A stretch of 64,000 nucleotides of DNA from Mobula hypostoma. Taxonomy: Eukaryota. Location: NCBI RefSeq assembly GCF_963921235.1, contig NC_086097.1:88290001-88354000 (forward strand). The letters run 5' to 3'. The translations under genes and the position numbers were made by a program. This document shows, in pieces, positions 50,920 through 61,739 of this stretch (positions are counted from its first letter, which is position 1; every line of letters begins with the position of its first letter). The notes beneath the pieces were generated by a model. That model saw only the letters and a list, made by a program, of their open reading frames with translations. It ran no database searches and was not told the DNA's origin.

Positions 50920-51375
50920 AATGGGACCTATTCTCATATATTGAATGGCTTTATCAAAACCTATAAAGCAGGTCTCTGCTCAATATTTGTTTTTTGGAAG
51001 CCAAAAACTGCATAGCCTATTCATGGAAGAAATCAACAACCAGTGGATTCTCACGGTGGCTGAAAGGAATGACTTCTTATCTTGGTCTAGAAAAGATGAG
51101 CTACATCACAAAAGCAAACTTGGCAAATTTCGGGAAATTTGGGACATTTTCTACAAGTTTCTGGAGAACAATATTCAGGATGATGAAAGTAACGAACTGA
51201 ATTGACTGCTTTTTTTAATGGTGGGGTATTTGCTTTTTGTGTGTGTGTTTTTTTTTCTTTTGATTTCTTATGTTTTTTTTTCCTTTAACTTTGTTGTACT
51301 TTCAAACTTATGGATGATCTAATGTGTTTTCTTTTCATTCTGTAAAAGCAATAAAGAGATGTTTTAAAAAAAACC
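50920..51375 (+). mobile_element. L1-clade 3' end fragment
   Basis: EAKNCIAYSWKK..RWLKGMTSYLGLEKMSY..KLGKFREIWDIFYKFL; T-rich UTR, AATAAA at 51350, short poly(A). Confidence 0.75.
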
Positions 51376-52180
51376 TATAAAGCCTCCAACTTTGAAACTT
51401 GATGTTCTCTACCAAGCCTATTAATGTTGCCTTCTTGAGATTCATTCCTACCTCTACCTCCATTCTAGATATGCAATGGCTGCCTGTTGTATCTGGACTA
51501 TTGTGATGGTAGGCAGATTGCAGTGGGTCCAGGACCCTGCCCAGGCAGGAGTTAATTCTAGCCATGATCAGCCTCTTAATTTACTTCATCACAGTAGATA
51601 TGAGAGCAAAAGTAATTTAAGCTCTACTTGGGCACCGGTATGATTAATGCCCTTTGGAAGCAGATGTGGAAGCAATGAGAGGTTGAAGATGTCCTTGGAC
51701 ACTCCAACCAGATGGTGGGCACGGATTTTCAGTATTCTACTAGATACACAATCGAGGCCTGACACCTTGTGAGGGTCCACCCTCCTCAGGGGTATTTTGA
51801 TGTCAGACTTTGAAACAGAGATCACAGGGTTGCCATGATCAGAGGGGATTCATATAGGTGTGTTGTTATTCTCCTTTTCAAAGTATACATAGAAAATGTT
51901 GAGCTCATCGAGGAGTGAAGCATCATTGCCACTTATGCTATTAGACTTCGCTTTTAGGAAGTAATGGTATGAAAACCCAGCCACAGCTGTCATGCATCCG
52001 ATTGTGTCTTCAACTTCATATGGAATTGCCCCTTCGGTCTCACGATAATCTTTTGAAGGTCGTACCTGGACAGCTTGTAGTCTGGATCACAATGCTTGAA
52101 TGAAACAGATCTAGTCCTCAGCACTGTGAAACAACCTGGACATTCCAGTGTTTTTGGTTTGGACAGGCTCAGCATGTCTT
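51376..52180 (-). mobile_element. Rex1/Babar ORF2 internal fragment, degraded
   Basis: RRVDPHKVSGLDCVSSRILK..VSKDIFNLSL, LDPLQSAY. Confidence 0.75.
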
Positions 52181-52745
52181 CTCAGTGTCTTTAGAATGTT
52201 TTTGTTTAATTTCATATTTCAAGCAACTCCTTCTTTTCATAGGTTTCTAGCATCCCCATTTCATTATTTCCCTTTTACACATTTGCTTGGACACTAACAG
52301 GATAACCACTTGAAAAAGTGTTTGATGGAAATGTAGAGAGTGACACCTTATAACTAGGTCTTTGTAATGGTAATATCAAACACGTTATTCTATGCATGCA
52401 ATTAATATATCTGCAATATTACACGCATTTCATGAATTCAGATATAGCTCTCTGAATGTTATCTTTTCTCTGTTTATTGATGAATTTTGACGACTAAGCA
52501 AAATGCCCATTCTGGCCCTGTACTCTGCTATCATCACCCAGATAGTCACAGTGCTCTCACTGTCAATTTTGCCCCTAAGTTTATAACCTCAGCTGTACTG
52601 CTATTTTTTCGGTTATGTAATGGCCTCATTGAGGCTGCACTTGGAGTACCAAGCAGAGTTTTGACCACCTTAACCAGAAAATGATACAACTACTTTGGCA
52701 TACAAGCGTCATGGCATAGAGAGTGGAAATTCACTTTACTGTTTC

Positions 52746-53460
52746 CAGACATCTCACCCTGCAGAAACTCATTTCAGGGAGGTAGTACCATCAATTTGTG
52801 GGAGACTCCCAGAACTTCTGGGAGAGGTGGGATGTCTGCAATAGAGTAGCTCCTTAGCAGCTAACCAGCTAGTTTAAATAACGTTAGCTATGCTAATGAA
52901 CGAATGACACCTGTTAAACTCACCTCAACATGTCTTTTACAGTCTTAACCCACCATGGACAATAGAAAAGTCACTGTTACAAACAGTGCAGTGAGCAACA
53001 TTGTCATTATTTTTGACCCCTATTAGGCAGGGGTACATTTTAGTGTAGTCTGGGGTGACGTACGTTTTAAGTTTTCTTTTTTTGGAACACTCTCGCTCTT
53101 GCTCTCTCTTGCTCGTGGTAGCTTTCTCGCGCTTGCTTTCTCGCTTTTGCTCTCACTCTCGCGCTCTCGTGGTCACTCACTCGTGCTCATTCTCTTGCGC
53201 TTGCTTTCTTGCCCTCGCTCTCGCACTCTCTCTCTCGTGCTCGCTTTCTTGCTCTCTCTCTCTCTCTCTCTCTCGTGCTCGCTGTCTCGTGCTTGCTTTC
53301 TTGCTCTTGCGCTCGCGCTGTCGCTTTTTCTCGCGTGCTCTCTCATGCTCGCTCTCAAAAAAATAAATTTCCGGGACAGTGTATATAATTTGTGGGCATC
53401 AGGGAGCCACTATTAATATATGGGAGACTCCTGGAACTTCCAGGAGAGGTGGGATGTTTG
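52746..53460. mobile_element. Non-autonomous DNA transposon with 6-bp TSD (hAT-like)
   Basis: TIRs CAGACATCTCACC / GGTGGGATGTTTG; TGTTTC on both sides; internal duplicate right end at 52800-52838. Confidence 0.75.
53090..53357. repeat. CT/CGCT-rich cryptic microsatellite
   Basis: Degenerate (CTCG/CT)n run inside the DNA transposon. Confidence 0.9.
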
Positions 53461-53494
53461 TGTTTCCATGGATGGTGGTTTTCTGATATAAGGA

Positions 53495-53900
53495 GAGATT
53501 TCACAGATTAGGTCTGTGTTCTTTTGAGTTTAGAAGTATGAGAGGTGATATCATTGTAACACATGATGTCATTTCCAACAGGTCTTGAAAGATTCAATGC
53601 AGATGTTGCTCCTGACTAGGGGAGGGTGTGGTAGATAGAACCATGTGTCATGTTTTCATAATAAATGACCGATCATTTACGACTGAGATGAGGAGAAATT
53701 ACTCCATACAAGAAGTGATAAATTTTGGGAATTCTCTAACCCAGAGGACTGTGGAGGCTCGGTTATCGTGTTTATTCAAAGCAAAGGCCGATATTAAGGG
53801 ATATTTGGATGATCCAGGAAGCTGTCACATGATGTTGAATTGCAGAGCATTCTTGCAGTGACAATTGGCCTACTCTTGCTGTTATTTCTTATATTCTTAC
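53495..53900 (+). mobile_element. Old CR1 3' fragment
   Basis: FTTEMRRNYS..VINFGNSLTQRTVEA and CR1 tail. Confidence 0.7.
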
Positions 53901-54987
53901 CACTACAGCAACTGATTTTCTTCTTAGTTTAAATTATCTGACTTGTAGGATCCAGATCCCAACTCCAATTGAAGTGATGTTTAACCTAATTGAATGATTC
54001 CTGCATTCCCTGGTAATGTTGCTAGTACCCCATGGGTAGCAATACACTCAATGTCACTGTTTAAGCCGTGCATTCAACTCTCTGATCATTTTATTTTCCT
54101 CAGTCAATTCATACACAGCTCAGAGAATATTTCACTTCACCTTATTTTAAGCTCAAATTGGTACTTAAAGACCTGGCATTGGGTTTTGGCTGGGAGGTCC
54201 CACTGTTAGCTGTAAGAGTCTGGAGACCAAAGGTAAAGGAGCATTTGTGCAAATATGTAGAACAGCCCCAACCTTGTCTCTCCAAACTCCCCCACAAGCC
54301 CAATTTCCACCCAAAATGTTTTCAAAATTTAGCCTGAAGACCGTCATGCTAATTTCCAGGAGTGTGGAGGTAGAGCTCTCTTTTTAGTGCAGTTCTCTCT
54401 TTTATGCCCAGGGGCAAAGATCAGCAAAGGGTCCTTTATCACTTACCCTCCTGTAATGTTTAGATGTCCAGTGGTTATAACCTGAGGCACAAGAGCAGTC
54501 ACCTGCTGCAAACCAGAGTAGAACTGACGTCTCTGTTGCCTTCTGCAAGTTCTTTCCAGAAATAAAAAATGGCCAGATAATAGGTTACAGCTGATTGAGG
54601 TGATTAGATAAAAGAAATGAAGTGGAGACTGGATTCTATTGAAGCTAAACTGAAGAGTATTTTGTAACCATCCATTTCATTTCACAGCTTGTTTAAGGTT
54701 CAGTTCTTTTGTATCGGTGAGTCTGTGCACAGTGTTGATAAAGAGAAAAGGAGTAATCTGTCTTTAAGTAATGCTGTTATTGCACTGTTTGTATTTACTG
54801 GAGAATTCTGGGGGAAAATGCCCTTGATATTAACACTTCAAAGACAGATGAGTTTAGTTATTGGAAGCACCTTTCCTGTGCCACACACAAACCCACAGCT
54901 GTTATATGGCAACTGATTGCAATAATTCAGTGTGCCATAGGGCACAGACCAATAAAGCACAGGAACAAACCCTTCAGTCTGTAATGT

Positions 54988-55604
54988 CTACAGGAGCAGG
55001 GAGGTACTACTGCAGTTGTACAAGGCCTTGGTGAGACCACACCTGGAGTATTGTGTGCAGTTTTGGTCCCCTAATCTGAGGAAAGACATCCTTGCCATAG
55101 AGGGAGTACAAAGAAGGTTCACCAGATTGATTCCTGGGATGGCAGGACTTTCATATGAAGAAAGACTGGATGAATTGGGCTTGTACTCGTTGGAATTTAG
55201 AAGATTGAGGGGGAATCTGATTGAAACGTATAAGATCCTAAAGGGATTGGACAGGCTAGATGCAGGAAGATTGTTCCCGATGTTGGGGAAGTCCAGAACG
55301 AGGGGCCACAGTTTGAGGATAGAGGGGATGCCTTTTAGGACCGAGATTAGGAAAAACTTCTTCACACAGAGAGTGGTGAATCTGTGGAATTCTCTGCCAC
55401 AGGAAACAGTTGAGGCCAGTTCATTGGTTATACTTAAGAGGGAGTTAGATATGGCCCTTGTGGCTACGGGGGTCAGGGGGTATGGAGGGAAGGCTGGGGC
55501 GGGGTTCTGAGTTGGATGATCAGCCATGATCATAATAAATGGTGGTGCAGGCTCGAAGGGCCGAATGGCCTACTCCTGCACCTATTTTCTATGTTTCTAT
55601 GTTT
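54988..55604 (+). mobile_element. Young CR1 3' fragment
   Basis: Uninterrupted LYKALVRPHLEYCVQFWSP..LWNSLPQ frame; tail TTTCTATGTTTCTATGTTTC. Confidence 0.95.
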
Positions 55605-55669
55605 CAAACACAATGCCAAATTGAACTACAGTAAATCGCTTCTGCCTGCACATGATCCATACTCTACCG

Positions 55670-55908
55670 GTTGTATATTCAATATTTCAATAATATTTGA
55701 GTAATCTTTTAAATATGTTGATTAAGCATACTTGCTTGTTTAAATGATTATGGATTATACATAAAAGTAAATTAATTACATACGTCATCACGTGACCACA
55801 TGACAAGTGTGCACCTAGCTTAGAGTAAATGCAAAGTCAGACCTGCATTTCAGAATCCCATGTCTTTCTTGGAATTAGTTCAATGCTTTGAAGTCACAAA
55901 GCATAACA
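55670..55908 (+). mobile_element. Probable small solo LTR inserted in a minus-strand CR1 3' fragment
   Basis: AT-rich 240-bp block ending ATAACA; CR1 reverse tail resumes at about 55910-56340; no clear TSD. Confidence 0.4.
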
Positions 55909-57094
55909 CTTTCTTTCCTTGAATATTTGTTTATCTATCTAAAAGCGTCTTCAGCATCACTGTGGTATCTGATTCCACCATTACACCTGAAGCCTATTCA
56001 GGGCATCTGAAACTCTCCATCAGAGAAATTGCTCCAAATGTTTCCTTTAAACATTCCGCCTCTCACCTTAAATGCATGTCCTCTAATATTTGACATTTCT
56101 ACCCTGAGGAAATGATTCTTAATGTCTTCATGCCTATCTTGTCTATGACTGTCAACTTTTTAAAATTCAGGTCTCCCCTCAGCCTCTGTGCTCGAGAGAA
56201 AGCAACCCAAGTTTGTCCACCCTCTCCATGTAGGTCATACCCTGTAAATCAGGCAGCATCCTAGTAAACTACTTGTCCACTTTCCAAACTTTCCAAAGCC
56301 TCCCCATCCCTTCTGTAATTGGATGCCTCAGAACTGTATTCAGGAGTATCCTCCTGTAATGAGAATATTATTATGTTTACTTTATTATTATGTTTAAATC
56401 CGCAGATGGATTGAGGTCTGATTTAAGATCCTTTTACAGAGAGTGCTGAATCTCTGAAATACTATGGCTCAGAGTGTATGGACGGCCAACTCTTTAGAAG
56501 TACTTCAAGTGCAAGTAGAGAAATTATTGATAGATTAGAGGATTGAGGGCTGTGGGGATTTGACGAGAATGGCAGTGATAGGAAAACACACATCCATCCT
56601 TATAGGCCAGGAGTAGCAGGAGCCCCTCCCTGGTTACAACGACCTCTCCTGATTTCCACGTTGCTGCCATGAAATTTCCATTGGTTCTTTCCCACCTGTG
56701 TCAGCCAAACCGTACCTCCTTCACTGCTACACTGCTCAGGCTTCCCTTCACGGCACTGATTGCCACGAAGCCATTTGAAATGTTCTCAGATCAAGCCTAC
56801 TACTGCTGAATTTTCCTCTTTGATGTTAGCCATGATGTTGTTCGAGTCAGCTGCAAGGTGGGAAAATAAAACAAGTGTAGCGAATAGTTCCTGGCATTGA
56901 TTCAAAGGATCTTCAATTAATCTTACGCAGAACAGTCAGAAGGTGGATGTGAAATGGATTTGCGCTATGCACTGTAAAAACGGGTGTTTCTTAAGGATCT
57001 TGAAGTGCTGTGATATAGGGATAGTAGAAATTGGAATAACTATGTGGGTTAGGGAAGTATAATTTATAGTTACCATCAGTAAAATTATGCACAA

Positions 57095-57250
57095 GACATC
57101 CTGCAGATGCTTGAAACCCAAAGCAACAAACACAAAATGCTGGAAGAACTCTGCAGGTCAGGCTGCATTGATGGAAATGAATAAATAGTTGACATTTCGG
57201 CCTGAGACTCTTTATCAGGACTAGAAAGGTAGGGGGAAGAATCCAGAATA
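57095..57250 (-). repeat. Penelope pLTR fragment with degenerate hammerhead
   Basis: CTGCAGATGCT..GCAACAAACACAAAATGCTGG..GACATTTCGGCCTGAGACTCTTTATCAGGACT; further pLTR pieces near 44200-44290, 44930-45060 and 59240-59330. Confidence 0.7.
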
Positions 57251-58512
57251 ATCAGGCAGTTTGATTTATATTAATTGAAATATTGCATGAACTTGTAACA
57301 AAATAATTTTAAACTGATCAAATATTTTCATATTTTCTTACACAAAGGTTGAAAAGCAGCACAAAACACTAAAAATGAATTAATATGATTCATAATTAAA
57401 AGAATGATTAAAAATGCCACTGACTTTTCTCTTGGGCATTGATGTTGTAAGGCTTACACTAGGTGTAACCTGGTATAGGCTGAGAGTTGGGAAACTGCCC
57501 CATTAGTCTACAAGAGGACTCCAGTGCAGCGATGAATGGTTGGCAGTGTAGGTGGCATGGCAGAGCTGGCACTGCTTATGTTGACTGGCAACAGCACTAA
57601 CCACGACTGCTGTATGGATAATGGGTAACTCCTGGCATATTGCAAGCACCTACGTCTGATCTTTTGCTTAATACATTAGATTTTGAAGGTTTGTCTTTGA
57701 AAATATTTATCTTTGATATAATTTACTCAATTATATTTGAGCCCAAAATGCCAAACATTGAATGTCTCTGGGCTCATACTGATTCTGGGAGGATTGTGTT
57801 GGTTTATGATTTAGTTTCTGTGGCAACAGATATACATCATATATATAGCTTTTATTTAACAAAGATTGATATCCTTTCACAAGGATTGTAGCAGTAGACT
57901 TTGTGAGAGTGTAAAAGGGTGGTACCCGAGAGAGATTCAGTCTGTTATTTTGAATCTTCTTCATTCATGGCATTTTAGCAAATGTCTCTAAAAGAATTAT
58001 TAAGCTATTATAAAGTCATGTGGAACTGGAGAATACATATTGAAATGTTATAGCAAAACTGACATCAAATGCATTTATTAGAAATATGTTTGCATAATGT
58101 TACAGGCTAACAGCAATTTACTGTAAAATGCAATCATTTAGTTCGAAGATGCTGTACAAAGGTTATTTGTAACAGTAACTTCAACAGTGATTAGGCATGA
58201 TAAGTTAACTATTGTTCTGTGATTTTTTTTTGAAAATGAAAATTGTAGAGTCTTTCCCTTGATGTTTTTAGAACCTTGCTTAGAATCTAGAATGTGTCTG
58301 GAAGCTTTTAGGAGTTCAAGTCTGCAAGTTGCTAGGATTGTTGCAGTTCAATCTTTTAATGGTCCAACAGTTGTGGTAAATGGGAAAAATAAAATATAGC
58401 AGCATTATAGGGCTTAAAAGTTGATAGGTAGGGAGCAAAAGAAAATTGAAGGATGGAAGAGATTGCAGGTAATATGTTAAAGGTGCACTTGTGAGTCTGA
58501 AATCAGCTGTGT

Positions 58513-59160
58513 ACATACATCTATTGATGCTTCTGGACACACCTTCAGTGATGTTCCTAGAATCATCGGGTGTTTCGGGTCTTTCAACATCATGCAACCT
58601 CCTCCAGGTGACCCAGCCGGGGCTGATCAGACCCCAGCTTGTGTCCAGATGGCTAGCTACTTATGACTCCATGGCTCCCCTCTTTTGAGCCACAGCCATC
58701 TTGAGGCCCTCTCTGCCGCATCGGTGGTACTGTGGATGGCTCTCCTCTTCCTCTCTCCCTCGATGCCCAAAATGCTGAAGGCTCTAACTAAAGAACGGGC
58801 TACGAATCCTCTACAACCAACCCCCTCTGGGAGACACTTTGCTCTCCATCCAGCCTGCTGACAGTTGCTGACCAGTCCTGCATACTTGGAGAGCTTCCTT
58901 TCAAAGGCCTCTTCCATGCTATCTTCCCATGGGACTGTCAGCTCCAGCAGCACCACTTGCTTAGTAGACTCAGACACGAGGACAATGTCTGGTCACAGGG
59001 TGGTGGCTGTGATATGGTTGGGGAACTTCAGCTGCCCTTTGAGGTCCACCAACAGCTGCCAGTCCCTTGCAGAGGTCAGGATGCCTGCAGATGTTCTTTT
59101 GGCAGGTATTGGCTGCTCCCCAGCTCAGACAAAGGCAGTGGTCTGCTTGGAGGGTCAGGA
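58513..59160 (-). mobile_element. HERO-type non-LTR element 3' end (restriction-like endonuclease)
   Basis: DWQLLVDL..PDIVLVSESTKQVVLLELTVPWED..AFERKLSKY..GVGCRGF..AERASRWLWLKR; structured 3' UTR 58513-58656. Confidence 0.9.
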
Positions 59161-59512
59161 CCACTTTGCAGAATATTGTATAGAAATACAGAATTTTCCT
59201 GTTAAAGGATCTTGGCCCATAACATCATTTTTTAAAAATTCCTCTCCATAAATGCTGCCTGACTTGCTGAATTCCTTTAGTTTTTTTGTGTGTTGCTCAA
59301 GATTTCCAGTGTCTGCAGAATCTCTTGCCTTTAAGAATTGTTTTAATGCCTTGTTAAAACTGAAACCTGATCTTAACCTGTGGCATTATTTTAGATGATC
59401 ATTTTGATTTTGGTTTGAGAGAAAGGTCAGTGATAGATCTTTCTCTTCATTGACAGGATAATATTGTGATTAGGCACTTGATATTTCAATATACCACTAT
59501 TGGTATATTGTA

Positions 59513-61276
59513 GTGAAGGATAATCCAAAGAGCTTTTACAGGTATATTAAGAGCAAAAGGATTGTAAGGGATAAAATTGGTCCTCTTGAAGATCAGAGTG
59601 GTCAGCTATGTGCGGAACCAAAGAAAATGGGGGAGATCTTAAATAGGTTTTTTGCGTCTGTATTTACTAATGAAACTGGCATGAAGTCTATGGAATTGAG
59701 GGAATCAAGTAGTGAGATCATGGAAACTGTACAGATTGAAAAGGAGGAGGTGCTTGCTGTCTTGAGGAAAATTAAAGTGGATAAATCCCTGGGACCTGAC
59801 AGGGTGTTCCCTCAGACCTTGAAGGAGACTAGTGTTGAAATTGCGGGGGCCCTGGCAGAAGTATTTAAAATGTCGCTGTCTACGGGTGAGGTACCGGAGG
59901 ATTGGAGAGTGGCTCATGTTGTTCCGTCGTTTAAAAAAGGATCGAAAAGTAATCCGGGAAATTATAGGCTGGTGAGTTTAACATCGGTAGTAGGTAAGTT
60001 ATTGGAGGGAGTACTAAGAGACAGAATCTACAAGCATTTGGATAGACAGGGACTTATTAGGGAGAGTCAACATGGCTTTGTGCGTGGTAGGTCATGTTTG
60101 ACCAATCTATTGGAGTTTTTCGAGGAGGTTACCAGGAAAGTGGATGAAGGGAAGGCAGTGGATATTGTCTACATGGATTTCAGTAAGGCCTTTGACAAGG
60201 TCCCGCATGGGAGGTTAGTTAGGAAGATTCAGTCGCTAGGTATACATGGAGAGGTGGTAAATTGGATTAGACATTGGCTCAATGGAAGAAGCCAAAGAGT
60301 GATGGTAGAGAATTGCTTCTCTGAGTGGAGGCCTGTGACTAGTGGTGTGCCACAGGGATCAGTGCTGGGTCCATTGTTAGTTGTCATCTATATCAATGAT
60401 CTGGATGATAATGTGGTAAATTGGATCAGCAAATTTGCTGATGATACAAAGATTGGAGGTGTAGTAGACAGTGAGGAAGGTTTTCAGAGCCTGCAGAGGG
60501 ACTTGGACCAGCTGGAAAAATGGGCTGAAAAATGGCGGATGGAGTTTAATACAGACAAGTGTGAGGTATTGCACGTTGGAAGGACAAACCAAGGTAGAAC
60601 ATACAGGGTTAATGGTAAGGCACTGAGGAGTGCAGTAGAACAGGGGGATCTGGGAATACAGATACAAAATTCCCTAAAAGTGGCGTCACAAGTAGATAGG
60701 GTTGTAAAGAGAGCTTTTGGTACATTGGCCTTTATTAATCAAAGTATTGAGTATAAGAGCTGGAATGTTATGATGAGGTTGTATAAGGCATTGGTGAAGC
60801 CGAATCTGGAGGATTATGTTCCGTTTTGGTCACCAAATTACAGGAAGGATATAAATAAGGTTGAAAGAGTGCAGAGTAGGTTTACAAGGATGTTGCCAGG
60901 ACATGAGAAACTCAGTTACAGAGAAAGGTTGAATAGGTTAGGACTTTATTCCCTGGAGCGTAGAAGAATGAGGGGAGATTTGATAGAGGTATATAAAATT
61001 ATGATGGGTATAGATAGAGTGAATGCAAGCAGGCTTTTTCCACTGAGGCAAAGGGAGAAAAAAACCAGAGGACATGGATTAAGGTTGAGGGGGGGAAAGT
61101 TTAAAGGGAACATTAGGGGGGGCTTCTTCACACAGAGAGTGGTGAGAGTATGGAATGAGCTGCCAGATGAGGTGGTAAATGCGGATTCTTTTTTAACATT
61201 TAAGAATAAATTGGACGGATACATGGATGAGAGGTGTATGGAGGGATATGGTCCGTGTGCAGGTCAGTGGGACTAG
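59513..61276 (+). CDS. CR1 ORF2 reverse transcriptase, 5'-truncated but uninterrupted (587 codons)
   Basis: NYRLVSLTSVVGKLLE, QHGFVRGRSCLTNL, DFSKAFDKVPH, GVPQGSVLGP, KFADDTK; lacks endonuclease and ATG start; 3' UTR and TTCTATGG tail to about 61350. Confidence 0.92.
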   Translation: MKDNPKSFYRYIKSKRIVRDKIGPLEDQSGQLCAEPKKMGEILNRFFASVFTNETGMKSMELRESSSEIMETVQIEKEEVLAVLRKIKVDKSLGPDRVFPQTLKETSVEIAGALAEVFKMSLSTGEVPEDWRVAHVVPSFKKGSKSNPGNYRLVSLTSVVGKLLEGVLRDRIYKHLDRQGLIRESQHGFVRGRSCLTNLLEFFEEVTRKVDEGKAVDIVYMDFSKAFDKVPHGRLVRKIQSLGIHGEVVNWIRHWLNGRSQRVMVENCFSEWRPVTSGVPQGSVLGPLLVVIYINDLDDNVVNWISKFADDTKIGGVVDSEEGFQSLQRDLDQLEKWAEKWRMEFNTDKCEVLHVGRTNQGRTYRVNGKALRSAVEQGDLGIQIQNSLKVASQVDRVVKRAFGTLAFINQSIEYKSWNVMMRLYKALVKPNLEDYVPFWSPNYRKDINKVERVQSRFTRMLPGHEKLSYRERLNRLGLYSLERRRMRGDLIEVYKIMMGIDRVNASRLFPLRQREKKTRGHGLRLRGGKFKGNIRGGFFTQRVVRVWNELPDEVVNADSFLTFKNKLDGYMDERCMEGYGPCAGQWD

Positions 61277-61361
61277 GCAGAAAATGGTTTGGCACAGCCA
61301 AGAAGGGCCAAAAGGCCTGTTTCTGTGCTGTAGTTTCTATGGTTTCTATTTTCTTATGTGT

Positions 61362-61730
61362 GAAAATTCAAAAATCTGAGATGCAAAGGGACTTGGGAGT
61401 TCTTGTGCAGAACATCATAAGGTTAACTTGAAGGTTAAGTCAGTGGTGAGGAAGGCAAATGTAATGTTAGCGTTTATTTCTAGAGGTCTAGAATACCAGA
61501 GCTGGGATGCAATGCTGAGGCGTTATAAGGCACAATACCTTTTGTATTGTGAACAATTCTGGGCTCCTCATGAAAAGATGTGCTGGCATTGGAGAGGGTT
61601 CAGAGGAAGTTCACAAGGATGATTCTGGGAATGAAAGGGTTATCGTACAACCAACGTTTGATAGCTTTGGGTCTGAACTTGCTGGAATTTAGAAGGATGG
61701 GGGGGGATCTCATTGAAACCTTTCAAATGT
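61362..61730 (+). mobile_element. Older CR1 ORF2 fragment
   Basis: QRDLGVLV, LERVQRKFTRMILG, GDLIETFQM with frameshifts. Confidence 0.8.
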
Positions 61731-61739
61731 TTACCTGTG

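Noticed and set aside
53055..53416. Leu/Ser/Arg-rich ORFs
   Set aside because: Translation of the CT-rich microsatellite
54988..55533. 181-aa minus-strand ORF, and similar antisense ORFs at 60377-61224
   Set aside because: Antisense shadows of CR1 ORF2
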